A DNA stretch of 63,943 nucleotides, filler included, from Phoronis australis (lineage: Eukaryota > Animalia > Phoronida): assembly GCA_002633005.1 (NCBI GenBank). It is 12 parts of 12 records of this genome, joined end to end, with 100 filler letters (N's around TTAATTAATTAA, not from the genome) between each part and the next. Parts side by side here need not be neighbours in the genome. Positions count along the whole stretch, not along the records: positions 1 to 3,270 come from NMRA01003115.1; positions 3,371 to 8,042 come from NMRA01002520.1; positions 8,143 to 11,095 come from NMRA01003307.1; positions 11,196 to 15,340 come from NMRA01002685.1; 8 more parts are not named here. The stretch is one strand, 5' to 3'. Both the position numbers and the translations under genes were made by a program. The notes below the pieces were generated by a model, which saw only the letters and a list, made by a program, of their open reading frames with translations, made no database searches and was not told the DNA's origin. Each line of letters opens with the position of its first letter. Positions within the stretch are counted from its first letter, which is position 1. Below, piece by piece: positions 1-12,700 of the stretch.

Positions 1-99
1 GGGCGTTGAAACGGCACCCACGATAGTGTACCGCAAACGGTGTGCTTGTATGGGTGTTTTAATGATGGTCATTCAATGTCACAGAATGCGTCAAGCCCA

Positions 100-1100
100 C
101 TTGCCTCCGAATTGAGAAGGTGGCGTCGTATCTGCAATACACAGCTATTTGCCAAATTTCATGAAAATAAGCCAAGAATATAGAGGCAAACGTAAAAAAA
201 CAATGGACACTAGAGGGCAGAGCTGTAGTTCGCCGATTGATATGAGACTCATCGTCATCCGTTTACATCTCGATAGAAGCCTATCTGCCAAATTTCCCAA
301 AATCCTTCAAAGGGTAACGAGATACAGCCGTAGATGCAAAAAAGCAAAATTGCCCGTAAGGGGAGCTAGAATAGTCAAAAACATCCGAAAATCATTGTCA
401 GCCAGGGAGCTTCCCGTCGGCGAGGAACGCAACCAACCGGGCAATTTTAGTTTCATATTCGTCCTTTGAGTGGTTTGGCAGATAGAGAGGCAGAAGCCGA
501 AAAACATACGCGAAAATTTTTAAATGGCCACCAGGTGGCACAGAAAACATCAAACTTGCCCAAAAATGAGAAGGCGTTGCCGTACTCTCCTTAATAGAAA
601 CCTATTTGTCGAAATTTCAAGAAATTATATTCATGAACTGCGAAGATACAGAGGTAAACGTAAAAATACATTTTGCTACTAGGGGCACAATGGTATTAGA
701 ATTAGATCGACATTTGTTACCGTTTGTCGTCGGCTCCATAGGAGCACCTTTTAAAGTTTATAAAATTCTTTCATACGGCGATTCCCGGCGGCCGCAGACG
801 CAAAAAGACAAGATCGCCACTATAAGGGGCGACACAGTAATCGGACCCTTCCGAAAGTCAACGTCAGTAGTGCCGGCCTACTCACCAACATCACATCTGA
901 AAATTTTCATCATCAGATCCTTTGAGCCCGGGTATAGCAGATAGAGAGGCGGACCCCACTGAGAAAACGGACACAAAAAATAACAAAAATGGTCAGGTGA
1001 CATAAAATCCGTCGCATCCGTTCGAAAATGGAGTGTCACCGTCGCTTCCGTATTAGACCTCCGCATACTGCCTACATTCAGCATTAATATGCCGTCTTTG
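100..1100 (-). mobile_element. HINE/Helentron-like non-autonomous repeat made of diverged sub-repeats, same family as 18446-19210 but opposite orientation
   Basis: 474-650 and 935-995 align by eye with the reverse complement of 19000-19130 and 18770-18835 (gcagatagaga..agaaaacggac..aaaata.caaaaatgg; gcagaaaacatcaaa..aaggcgttg..tagaaac..atttg..aaatttca). Family class is inferred. Confidence 0.5.
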
Positions 1101-1424
1101 CAGATGCCTGACGCATTCGCGGATCAAAAGTGCGCACTTCACAAGATCCCAAAAGGGGGCAAACCCCGGTTACTGATGTGTGCACCTTCTCCAAAGTCCA
1201 CATAAACGATATCTTTATAGACACGCGCTGGGCGTTTGCAGCTTTTCTTAGAATTAGTGTACGAGATAAGTATAGGCCTACTTAAAAACCACTTTCAAGT
1301 TCATAAAAATACGTGTCCCCGATTTCGATGTACAAATATTTAAAGCGACATATTGCACTGTTACTAAACTGGTTCAAATGCGTTTCACTCTAACAAAAGT
1401 GATCCCAGTCATGAGAGGCAACTC

Positions 1425-1860
1425 TTACGCTAACAGGACTTGCACGGACGAGAAAGCGTGCATTTCGGTTCACCACAGAGAATCAAGCACCACAGAGAAT
1501 CAAGCACCACAGAGAATCAAGCGAATTCCTAGTCACTATTCATAGTCTCGGCTGAACTCAGTGCGGTCGTAACCCGGCAGTGTGCCTGCTCAGTAAAAAA
1601 CGAACAGCAAATAAGGCAAACGACCATCATGACTGGTTTCGAAATTGAAAAGTAAATTATAGCCGTCTTCGAATTTTTGAAATCCATACATTATAAGGGA
1701 AGTTATGAAATAGGTTTTCTTCAGAAGCGCGGCTAATACAACGCACAGGTGAATCGGCTAGGACAGGTTTGTCGCAGTCTGGCTTCAAACTCGCATAGGC
1801 GTTGGGGTAATAAAACCCCAAATGTTAGCGTAGAAGTTTCCTCATGACACTTTTGGGGCA
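1425..1860 (+). repeat. Dispersed repeat shared with 31610-32110
   Basis: Colinear shared blocks: acgctaacagga.ttgcacg..acgagaaagc; taaggcaaacgacca.catg; gtctggctt..actcgc.tag.c.ttggggtaa.aaaaccccaaa.gttagc. Confidence 0.75.
1471..1521. repeat. Perfect 17-bp tandem repeat x3 (caccacagagaatcaag)
   Basis: Read directly from sequence. Confidence 0.95.
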
Positions 1861-3270
1861 ACCTGTGTAGAGCATCTACATTGCTGTCGGTAGCATGATG
1901 GAAACAAATCCAAGTAAATTTCATGGAACCAAGTTTAAAAAGGCTTTAGTTTTCGATCTGGCTCTCTCCTCAAGCACCACGAAACACCTCTCGACCCTGT
2001 TCTTAAGAAAACGCCTGACAGCCACGACATTTTAGTCAAATTCTCACAAGACGCGCGTTTCCATAGAAACGGGAATAGCAAAACAAATTTCTTGTTAAAA
2101 ACCTCCACAACTGTGGATTAGACTGAAGATAGGGACACAATTTTTGGAACATTCGATAGCACATGTATGTCATATTGCAGCTGAAAACAAATCGCTTTTC
2201 AAGAACGTTGCAACAAATTTGACGAGAAGTCATTAATGTGACGAAGAGTGCGATATGGATGTCCTACGTTGAAACACACTTTCGTCCAGTGCATTTGCAA
2301 TGAATGTATTCTGTAAACTGTACCCAGATTTAGGGAACATTGTAATTAATTGATTTCCTAATAACTGAATCGAGAATTTTCAAATAACATGATCTGAATC
2401 TGTTGTATGTGAATCTTTTTCTAAAGTTTCTCTTGTCACGGTCCGTGGTAAAGTTCACCTCGGCAAAGCTGGGCGACAGTAAAAGAAAAAACAGTGCATA
2501 TTCACTTTGCCTCTGCTAACATTCCCATAAAACTGGTGCCAAATGGTCTGACTAGCAGCAGTGATTTGCACCTTTATAAGTATTCTATGTGAAAGTTTTT
2601 CATAACGTGCTTCGCGGAATCGATAATTCTGATTAGCAGCAATGTGACCTAAGGCGCTGTTAGTTTTCAGGAATTGATCAAATTTTACCGCTGAAACAAG
2701 AGGAAGCGCTGTCTCAACATGCACGCCATTGTTTAGTTCGTTCAGGTATTCTCGCCTTAGCGTCAACTCATCTCTGCTCCTACCTATCCCTCAGCACTGG
2801 CCCAGCCACAAAGACATCGCCAATGCATTAAAATGAGAAGTCCGTGTTGGGTCGCGACGGAGAAGATTGTCTACACATATTATTCGTCACCCGGAAAGCA
2901 GTTGCGGATGGAATTCTGCACAAAATTAGCAAAGGCCACCAAGTTTATTGCATTATTTTAAAAAAGTTTTTGCTATTCTTTGACTTTCAGACATGTTGAA
3001 CTAAGTGTGGTAATTGCCAAAATGTCTTGACATTCTCCATTTGTTGACCTTGACACTACCAGATTGGAGTGTTATTGTGAAATTGTTTTAAGGTGATTAA
3101 TTTGTAAACAGGATTAATAATGAAGTTACAAAAAAGGCACAATGATTAAGATCAGAGCATTCTTCCAAATTATCTGCATTTTTATATTTTCAGTCACTTC
3201 ACTCCCCCCATTACCTGAACATTTTTGTAGGCAGGTACTGACATACTGACATATCCACTAATATACTGTA

Positions 3271-3370
3271 NNNNNNNNNNNNNNNNNNNNNNNNNNNNNN
3301 NNNNNNNNNNNNNNTTAATTAATTAANNNNNNNNNNNNNNNNNNNNNNNNNNNNNNNNNNNNNNNNNNNN
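3271..3370. other. Artificial contig spacer N44-TTAATTAATTAA-N44
   Basis: Identical 100-bp spacer with six-frame stops recurs 11 times in the window. Confidence 0.97.
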
Positions 3371-3619
3371 TTGTCCTCTAGTCATTACTTCCTCATCAGT
3401 ACGTTACTTTTTCAAGTAGTGAATGAATAAGGGCAAACACTTCAGTTTTACAGCAACTTATAAATGACCATATCCAGGAGGCCGGAGTTACGGTCGGATT
3501 GGGTTGTCAAGATTTGAAACATTATTCATCTAATAGTACTCTACAATATCTCAGTAAAGAATCTTGATTGATCAAACAGAGAAATTAACACAAATATGCC
3601 AGAGTCTAATGTTACTCAC

Positions 3620-3966
3620 CAGATGGAGCTGTAAGGTTGGTAGCTCCACAGTATTGGCCAGCTAAGCAGGGTTTACAGTCGGACAGCGCCCCTCGTCCCC
3701 TGTCAGGGTTATAGGTGCCCCAGGGGCAGGCAATCATCTCAACCGTCCCCTCAGGACAGTAGAAACCAGCTGCACACAGGTCACCGTATGTTATGATGGT
3801 TTTGTTACCAGACGGGTCATCATTGTACACTGGGTCACGTGATGTGGCTGACCCGAAACAAATGTGACCCTCTAAACACTTGCCAGTGGGCTCAGTGATA
3901 CCGCGGTCTTCACAGTAGAAGCCTGGGTGACACGGAATGCAGTCAGACAGGGACTTGGCCGAAGTC
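3620..3966 (-). CDS. Internal exon (4th seen) of a giant Cys-rich CPxGxYC-repeat protein (GCC2/GCC3, Ephrin_rec_like type)
   Basis: ccattcag acceptor and gtgagt donor, phase 2 to 1; TSAKSLSDCIPCHPGFYCEDRG...CAAGFYCPEGT..IACPWGTYNP..CKPCLAGQYC. Confidence 0.88.
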
Positions 3967-4242
3967 CTGAATGGAACAATTGGAATATTATCAATAGAAA
4001 ATAATGAAAGGTTTCACTGGAGGTAAAACAACTCAAATGCAAGAGTAATATTATGTTAGTTTTAACTTACCAGCTCAGTTATTCAAAGGAGAAATCAGAT
4101 GCTCGAAGATTAAAATGTGATGCAGTTATAAGGCATGGATAAACAAAGAGCAATAAAACAAGAATAAAGCCAGTTGGAAGCAAAACCAGATAGTTATCAT
4201 TTCAATTTCGTTATACATGGAGCAGTGTTGTAGAATACTTAC

Positions 4243-4456
4243 AAATTAGAGAAGGTGCCCGGTGGACAGTCCGAGGGTACATAGCTACCGTTGGTACAGT
4301 ACTTGCCCGGGGGACAGATGACATGGTCAGTCAAGGCTTTCTTGGGACAATAGAAGCCAGGTTCACACACAGTACAGGACGACTGTCTGTCATACGCCTG
4401 ATATGTGCCAATCTCACATTGAGTGGGAGTTACAGAGCCATTGGGTGAATAGTAAC
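4243..4456 (-). CDS. Internal exon (3rd seen) of the same Cys-rich protein
   Basis: atcgcag acceptor and gtaagt donor, phase 1 to 2; GYYSPNGSVTPTQCEIGTYQ..CTVCEPGFYCP..CPPGKYC..CPPGTFSN; phase matches the next exon. Confidence 0.9.
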
Positions 4457-4700
4457 CTGCGATAAGTAGCACACTGGTCACAAGTCAGCAAAATATGAAG
4501 TTATTAACCTGTGATAAGTAACACACTGGTCACAAGTCAGCAAAATATGAACATAAACCTGTGATAAGTAACACACTGGTCACGAGTAAGCAAAATATGA
4601 ACATAACCTGTGATAAGTAACACACTGGTCACAAGTCAGCAAAATATGAACATAACCTGCAATAAGTAACACACTGGTCGCAAGTGGGCAAAATATGAAC
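4454..4700. repeat. ~50-bp minisatellite x5 overlapping the 3' splice site of exon 4243-4456
   Basis: Unit aacctgtgataagtaacacactggtcacaagtcagcaaaatatgaacat. Confidence 0.93.
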
Positions 4701-7134
4701 AAGCACCCATTTCAAACATCAGTAACTTCTTAAATAAACAGCATTCAAACAAGGACGAAGTTCCTAAATATTGAAAATATGTGTGTGTTAAAACTCACAG
4801 CTTTCACATTTTACATTGAGTTAAAATTCATAACTTTCACATTTTATCAAAGTTGTAAACCCACTATAGAGGTGGACTTCAAACCACTAAAGATAAGCAT
4901 AAACTGTGACTAACTTTCCCATTAGTCAAAGTGGCCTCTTCACAAACTTGCAGAAAATCAACACGTTTGAGACGGTTTTCTAATGAGGGAACTTTTCCTT
5001 CATGAAATTGCCCCCATTGCTACAACTGATGCCGAACTGTGAATATCAATGGCACGCGAGCGGCTATACTAGTGCCCTACTTTCAACAATATTTTGTATC
5101 ACTTTATGATTCAGACAGATCATGGAGACATGAACCAGTACCATGGAGTCAACTGCAAATCATTTGCTCAGACTTAAAGGAGAGTGCCAACCAAAAACAA
5201 CCTATTTTGTATCAATTTAAATTGAGTAGTTCCACTCGATAACAGCAAGTACAGCTCTTCTACATAACACCAGACGGATGACGGAGGTGTTGAAATTAAC
5301 CAATGTCGTCAGAGTTTGAATGCAGTCTCTTCAGCAGTTCACAACATGCTTACTGGTGTCAGTTTATCGCTTGACTTCATCGTTTTACACCAATAAATCA
5401 TGAAAATCCGATGTAAATCCCATACAAACACATCGAGTTCTTGAACAAACATTTTATTTCACTGTTATGGATTTTATAGGTATTTGAACCTACCATAGCC
5501 TACAATGTTCCGTAGGCCAATTTACCAAGATCGGTCGCGGGAGTTTGGGGTCTGTTCAGTGATAAATTCGAATTATTCTTCGTGAAATACAGGCAGGAGA
5601 ACAAAGCTGTGTGTTGTGATTTTAGACTTGTAATTTCTTCAGTTCTAAACACACAAAATGCTTTTAATTTGCACACCAGTGGCTCGGAACCCAATCCGGC
5701 CCGTCGCAGCCAGACTGAAGACAACATGAACAGAAACCAGCCAAAGTTGGAAACTAAACTTCCAGTCATGAAAAGACTATACTAGTGAGCCAAAGACTGA
5801 AATAATGTAAATAATGTGTACGTGATTATTTTGGTGAATTATCCGCGGAACTGCAAATCTACTTGCTTGTCGGGGTCTGCGAAGTCAGATTCCCCTTCCG
5901 TCAGGACAAAAGTTGTGCAGTAACAATGATTAGAGAATAATGTGACTGTATGAATATCTAATAAAGATTCACCCATAGCATATAAAACCGAGTTATTGTT
6001 TCACAACAGCTTTCTGTCAGTAAACACTGAATTAGCATGTGCTCACACGGCCTTGGTGACCGGTCAATTAGCTTTATTGCATCTAAAGCCGGTAATGCAG
6101 TGATTTATTTGTTGCTGGCTTCTCAAAACATATGCACTCACAAACACTCCACAGGCATTATAAATTGCATCTAATCAGACAGACTTTGACACTTTGTTTC
6201 AGTTTTATATAAGCATTGGTTAGGATGAGAATAATTCATTTTGAAACAGACCGCGCAACAATAAAGGTCAACATGGCAACTTGCAATCCCGACTTAGACA
6301 AGTGCTCATCAGTCTCTTTTTCTTCCCTGGCATAAGCTGTTTGGTAAGCTGGCATTCGTCAGTGTTGACGAAATGCCGGCCACAGACAGGTACGGAGATG
6401 TTTCACAACCTCATACTTGGTATTAACGGCATACTTTACATTCTTCAATGCCGTGAGCCACTTCCGAAGCATTTCGGGCTCTTGAGGAAATCAAAAAAAT
6501 GATATGTCCGCTTTCCTTGCAGCTTCATAGTTCAAACAAGCGGCACTCACTCTACAGAAGAACCACTGACGTCGTTACGTCGTTCACTCACCTTCCACAC
6601 AGGTTATCGGACACCTCTCGGTGAGATAAGATTAACCGTATACGAGGTGTTGAGGATATAGACCCATTAAGACGGTAACAAAGACCAAGTAAATCGGGTG
6701 GCATTCTCCTTTAATATCTGCACTCTGAACAAGCAGACACGCAGCTTGCAATTAGCACTCATAAAACCAAATGAGCAATTGCCAAATGTTTTGCGTTAAA
6801 AACAACCATATGATGGCAAAATGTAAAACAAAAAATAAATTAGTTGTTCCTTTACGAGCACCTAACGAGTTTTGGATAAAAAATTGGTAGTGATTGACAT
6901 GATCGAAAGTCCAAACAAAGCCTTCTTCCATGAATTGCTTAGCAAATGCACCAGTTATAGACAATTATTGACCTTCACACCCAGCCAATATGTTGGCTTC
7001 CAGACCTGAAAAATGAGACAGTGATACCAGCTCCCACTTGGTCCTTATCACATTGATTTTTGGGGTCATATTGACCTAGGAGAAGATCAATAATTATAAT
7101 AATATTTGCACCATCTTAGTGCTGACTTCCATAC

Positions 7135-7332
7135 CTGCTTCAGTCCAGTTCTGCCGTGGTGTCTTTGCTGCACCTATGCAGTAGTAACCTCCCCAACAAA
7201 GCCCCGTGGGGGCGCCACCCGACACCTCAGAGCAGTAGTAGCCAGGATCACAGTCAAAGCAGTCGTAGTTGTTGACAGCACCAGTCACGTTACTATAAGT
7301 GCCCAGGGGACATGGCTTGGCCTCGAATGAAC
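7135..7332 (-). CDS. Internal exon (2nd seen) of the same Cys-rich protein
   Basis: gtgcag acceptor and gtatgg donor, phase 1-1, 198 nt; GSFEAKPCPLGTYSN..CFDCDPGYYC..TGLCWGGYYC. Confidence 0.9.
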
Positions 7333-7553
7333 CTGCACAATACAACAGGCAAATAATGATTGTGTAACAGCACATGGCAAGCAGGTACGGGGGGAACTTC
7401 CTAAAAATACGAGTATAATTTAAATCTGTCCAGTCTACATTCACGCTGAGACTGAGGCTGGTGGAGGAAGGAGGCTCAGCCAATGATAGGTCAGCTCAGC
7501 CTGTGACCCCCACCTGGGCCTGTTAGCGCACAAAACACTATACAGCCACTGAC

Positions 7554-7736
7554 CTGCGACGCAATAACCACCAGCCGGACACAGTTCTCCAGTAGTGCCA
7601 TCTGTTGGCCCTGATGTAGTCGCCCCTCTGTAACAGACATAGCCAGGGTCACATTCCCCTCGAGCTACCAGCAGGCCAGGGGCATCACAGTAGTAACCAG
7701 GGTCACACAGGGGACAGTCTACCATGGCTTGAAGGC
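7554..7736 (-). CDS. Internal exon (1st seen) of the same Cys-rich protein
   Basis: ctatttcag acceptor and gtcagt donor, phase 1-1, 183 nt; GLQAMVDCPLCDPGYYCDAPGL..GECDPGYVC..TGELCPAGGYC. Confidence 0.9.
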
Positions 7737-8042
7737 CTGAAATAGAAGTGTTTTGCATTAGACTGAAGTACAAAAGCTATCTATGAATAATATTTATCAT
7801 CAAAGATCGAAAGTCAAATTTTTAAGGCAACCAAAAGCAAAATATTGAACAGTTAACATCAATTCTTTCAACAAAGTGTTGCAGAGATATGTCTTCATTG
7901 ATGAACACTCAGTTTCAAAAACCTAATTGATCCAAAAACCTTTTCCATTTTCAAATTAAAGTTTGCTAACAAAATAAGTAAACTTTGACAGATCTTGCCT
8001 GTTGGTTGCCATTGTTCAACATACTGATAGCTGAGCTTACTA

Positions 8043-8142
8043 NNNNNNNNNNNNNNNNNNNNNNNNNNNNNNNNNNNNNNNNNNNNTTAATTAATTAANN
8101 NNNNNNNNNNNNNNNNNNNNNNNNNNNNNNNNNNNNNNNNNN
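8043..8142. other. Artificial contig spacer
   Basis: N44-TTAATTAATTAA-N44. Confidence 0.97.
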
Positions 8143-8859
8143 TTCTTGCGGGGATGGTTTCGTTGGTTCTTTGTGCGATCTAAAAATTGGTAAGACGCGT
8201 TGGTCAGTTGCTTCTCGAAGATATGTTTGTAGAATACTCATTAACTCGTTCACTCCAGTTATCGGAAACAAGTTCTAGGAATTTTCTGAGTGTTGTTTAG
8301 ACAGTTATGCATCAATTGGGACAGACTGGGTTCTATAACAGACTCTTGCACTTGTATGCACCCACATAACGTGCCTGCATAAAACTGTTGCTATCACCTC
8401 TTCTCCAGAGTCCAAAGCTGTATCTCCTGAACACGTGGCAAAGTATAAGTGGAATTTAAATTTGAAAACCAAAAGCGACGACTTTCGGACCGATTCAAAA
8501 ATTTTTGTGTCCTCTAGAAGGAAATCCATTTGTTTACGTTTTGGCTCTGTATTTCGATGAAATTTTCAAATAGATTTCTCTAAGACAACAACTTCTAATC
8601 CATTTTTGGACGCATTTGATGATTTTATATATGTGTTGGAAACACAAAGGACACTTACACACCACGCGCTTGCATTTTGAGACCTGGCAACAGAATTAAA
8701 ACAATTACTCAACAAAACAAAAGAGCAAGACTGGACCATTTATTGGTAATTTTTTCATATGCACAATTTCTGAAACAGAGGCACTTTTCCATTTGAATAA
8801 AGTTAAGTGACTCCTTGAAAATTTAGATTGACGGAGTATTTCTGGGTTTGTGGTGGTAG

Positions 8860-9200
8860 ATGTGCTATTTTCACAGACAAATGTCTGAATTAACTGTATT
8901 TGAATTGTGCAGTTTGCCAAAGACAGCGTCTACAATCAGATCTCTGTATAATTTGAAAAAAGAACCAGAATATATAACACATCTGTACTGGGATTGTATT
9001 GTGACAAAATATTTCAACGCGATCTTTACTTTAAGGGACAAATTCATGTATAAACCTCTCTCCACCATTTGGGCGCATCATTAACGTTGACATGAAATTC
9101 CCACTTCATTTCATAGATTGCTTTTTGTAAAGACATTTGGTTACGTGGGAATATATTGCAAAACATTCCAACGCTTCCTGAAAGCTTGTAAGTCTTATCT
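8860..9200 (+). mobile_element. Degraded L1/Tx1-type LINE 3' remnant (zf-RVT-like)
   Basis: KEPEYITHLYWDCIVTKYF matches the ExxxHLxxxC ORF2 C-terminal motif; frames are broken. Confidence 0.55.
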
Positions 9201-9741
9201 TAGATTTCGCATTTCTGGAATCTCTGTTAAATTTAAAAGGTCCCCTCGTGATAGCACACCGTGTTAGCTGTTGACAAGAAATTTATTGGTGACTGAACGA
9301 ATTATGATGAAACGTAAAACAGAGGTACACATGTATACGGTGGGAATGCGCCGGCACCACACAGGTTCATAGTGGGAATTTGTTGTCAACACACAGAGGT
9401 ATATGGAGGGAATTCACCTGCACCAACCGATTTTCTAACGGATTTTACCACCGTGGCACTTCCCCGGTTGCCTTTCTAGTTTTTCGACATGAAATTACTT
9501 GTCTATCAATATTTGACAAATGGACTTGACCAATTTTGGTGGAACTCAACATAAAGCCATGTAGAAGGAATTCACTCCCATTCGATTTTCGAAAGAATTC
9601 TGTTCTCATAGCAACATTGTTGGCCATTTAGTTCTCAACAAAAATTCATGACTTGACGAATTTTGACGAAATTTAATACAGAGGTGAATAGTGAAAATGC
9701 GACATCACCAATGAGTTCTGAATGTTTCTTGACTTTTGTAG

Positions 9742-9912
9742 TTGATGGTCAATGGGGACTTTGGGGTGACTGGACAAATTGTAGCCTCTCTTGCGGCGGA
9801 GGTGAGAGGTCAAGAAACAGGACATGCAACAACCCATCACCATTAAACGGAGGAAAGAATTGTTCAGGAACGGCTGAGGAAACGGAGACATGTAATAATG
9901 AAACCTGCCCTG
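9742..9912 (+). CDS. Thrombospondin type-1 (TSP1) domain exon
   Basis: ttttgtag acceptor and gtatgt donor, 171 nt, phase 1-1; VDGQWGLWGDWTNCSLSCGGGERSRNRTCNNPSP..GGKNC.G..ETETCN..CP. Confidence 0.93.
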
Positions 9913-10317
9913 GTATGTACATTTGTAGTTAATGGAGTCTAATTTCTGTGATTGCATGGTCAAATTTGTTAGAAGCACAACATATAGCGACGAGGTTGAA
10001 AATTGCCAGATGTTTTTAAGAACGAGTTTTGTGTCAAAAACAATCCCCCCGTAAATCACTTAACCGTGTCCAGTAAGTATCGTGATGTGGGGTGTGGGAA
10101 TAATACTGCATGGTGCGAGTTATGTGAGCACCCCCCCCCAAGGTACGTCATTAGTGCAAAGGTCATGTATTAGCAGATTTTTTGTTTTCACATTTACAAG
10201 TTGTCAATGAATACAACTGCAATTTGTTTAGCATTTATAACGTTCAAATAGCATTGTCGTTCAGTTCCTGCTGTACATTAGCATAGGAGCATGCAAATAT
10301 ATAGTTCTTGGTCATCT

Positions 10318-10482
10318 GAAACCGTCCTCTGTATTTGCTCTCTCCCTTCCTATATCTCCCTCACCCTGCCCCTCTCTCACCCTTCTCTCTCTGTATCTTC
10401 CTCTCTCCTTCGATCCGTCCCTCTATCCTTTTTTATCTGCCGTACTCCCTCTCACCCCCCCACCCTCCCTCCCTCCCCCTCN
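10318..10482. repeat. CT-rich polypyrimidine low-complexity tract
   Basis: Almost pure C/T run. Confidence 0.85.
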
Positions 10483-10954
10483 TGGTTGAGTTCAAATTCA
10501 TACTATATTTTAGTTCTGATTTGGTTCTTTCAAAGCCACCCTTTTGCGTAGAGTGATCTTAACCTACCTGCATCCAAAAAAACATGGGCGGCGCACCATA
10601 GCATTTTTTTCAGTGCTCCGGCGCCCATGAAGAACAGTCTTGAATAGACGACTTAACACCGCTGAGAGGTCTTCTTCAGTGCTTCAAATCATGATCAGAG
10701 AATGAGATAACGCGCCAAGAGAAGTGTGTTTATTCTGTCTGTTTTAAAAAAAATATAGCATACTTTAGGCTCACAAAATCTTCTGTTTTGTGGAAGGAGA
10801 CAGTTGAGGCCAGATTTACAATGGTAAATTGTCTCAATCAATAGTTACCTTTGACAGAAGATGAGATGATAACAACTTTAAACGTGCATTGCACGATTTT
10901 CGATTGAAATTTCACATGGGTCGCGCTATTTCTACACATACTCATTGTTCTCAG

Positions 10955-11095
10955 CATGCAATCCAGTATCCATCACGAGTCCACAGAACGGAAAGGCCGC
11001 GTGTTCCTCTCAAAATGACAGAAGTACTTGTACTATTTCGTGCAACTCTGGTTACGGATTCAGTTCTCCCGTTCCCGAAGGCGGAATTTACGAGT
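10955..11095 (+). CDS. Sushi/CCP-like domain exon following the TSP1 exon, truncated by the contig end
   Basis: ttgttctcag acceptor, phase 1 matching the TSP1 exon; ACNPVSITSPQNGKAACS..STCTISCNSGYGF..GGIYE. Confidence 0.8.
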
Positions 11096-11195
11096 NNNNN
11101 NNNNNNNNNNNNNNNNNNNNNNNNNNNNNNNNNNNNNNNTTAATTAATTAANNNNNNNNNNNNNNNNNNNNNNNNNNNNNNNNNNNNNNNNNNNN
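11096..11195. other. Artificial contig spacer
   Basis: N44-TTAATTAATTAA-N44. Confidence 0.97.
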
Positions 11196-11851
11196 AAATG
11201 CTGTAAATGCTTTCCAAATTTGCTTTTTAGGAGGTATGGGTGTGAATCTAATTTTTCTGCCAAGTTGTTGCCTTTGGATGATACCACCAACTTTTATTGT
11301 GACTTGTTGATTGCATGGGAAAATGTTTTCTTACACAGCGAAATTGATATTATTAGTCAGGTAATATGGAACAATAGAAATATTTTGTTTGATGACAAAT
11401 CTGTGTTTTTCAGTGGGTTCTACAAGGCTGGCATAGTTTATGTAAAAGATATATTTGATGTTCAAAACAAGTTTTTTTGTCTTGGGAAGTTATGAAACAA
11501 AGATACAAATTATCTAGTTGGTTACAATACTATGTTTTGATGAAGACACTGAAGTTACCTAATTATTGAACACTTCCAAGACAAATCAATGGACAGCCAG
11601 ATTAACACACAATCAATTAAAAATTACTCTTTTTATGTGAAGCGATTTCACAACCTGATGTAGAACACAAAATAAGTGATATTTATTCAGAACAACAAAT
11701 TGGACAGATTTACGCGTTGCCATGCAGACTTGTACTCCTTGCTAAAGATGAAACTTTTAAATATTATTATGTGCATAGAAAAGTTTACACGAAGTATCTC
11801 TTGAAAATGATGAAGATTATAAGAAATGATAGTTGTTTGTCCTATAATGCT

Positions 11852-12225
11852 CAGGGGCGGATCCAGTATTTTGAGTTGGGGGGCAGGCCAGAGTATTTTT
11901 CTCTCCTAGTCTTTTCACAAGTAGTTTTAAATTACATTATCACCTAATTGTTGTAATTCTGATTATCTGTAACACTGTATTTTTTATTCTCTGGTAGCTC
12001 CGTGGTCAGCGGTCCCTTCGGGTCCTTCACGGAGTCTCCGTGAGCGTAAATCTGCATCAAGTGTATTTTTTGTCTTAACGTGAATAAAGTGTATTACTAC
12101 TACTACTATTACCCAGGATTTTGCCCAACAGACATTCGCACCTCCCGAACTGCCATATGGAATCTGGGAAAATTTTAGGGGGGACATGTCCCCCTTGCCC
12201 CTCCCCCCCTCTAAGTCCGCCACTG
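11852..12225. mobile_element. MITE with CAG(G/T)GGCGGA terminal inverted repeats, hAT-like
   Basis: caggggcggatccag ... ctaagtccgccactg, interrupting the LINE zinc-finger motif; similar ends occur at ~50725-50739 and ~53051-53065. No clear TSD. Confidence 0.65.
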
Positions 12226-12619
12226 ATTCTGTTGAAACTTTTGATCATTTGCTTTGTGATTGTTCATTTGTAAAGGCGCTGTGGTCCAAAGTTCAAGCTT
12301 TGTTAAGTAATGTAACAAAACAAACCATAGATTTAGTAAAGACTAACATTTTAAACGCGTATTTTGGATCTAATTTTGAAGAGATTAATACTTTACTAAC
12401 TTTATGCCAGTACTTTATATTTCAATCATCTTTGGTCCACAGCAAACCTACATTTGAAAAATATTTATATTCCTTGTATCAAAGTTAGACGAATGCTGAT
12501 CACCAGTTTGAAAAAACCTCTGAATTTCACCTTTTGTGAAGCCCTCTGTAAATACTTAGACATATATTTACTTGCACGTGTATAGTTTTGGAAGTAACAT
12601 GTACATTAAGAGTGCGTAG

Positions 12620-12700
12620 GTGTATGGATGGTGTATGGATGGTATGTGAATGGTATGTGAATGGTATGTGAATGGTATGTGAATGGTGTGTGAATGTTGT
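12620..12700. repeat. 11-bp tandem repeat (tgtgaatggta)n
   Basis: Read directly from sequence. Confidence 0.85.

Noticed and set aside
3315-3326. Recurrent TTAATTAATTAA palindrome as a biological motif
   Set aside because: Always centred in 88 Ns; an artificial six-frame-stop linker.
6960-7010. Strong acceptor tctcatttttcag on the minus strand as an extra exon of the Cys-rich gene
   Set aside because: All frames stop quickly with no Cys pattern, and exon 7135 joins exon 4456 in phase without it.
8143-8620. Possible LINE ORF1 or coding relic on the minus strand
   Set aside because: No recognisable motif in any frame.
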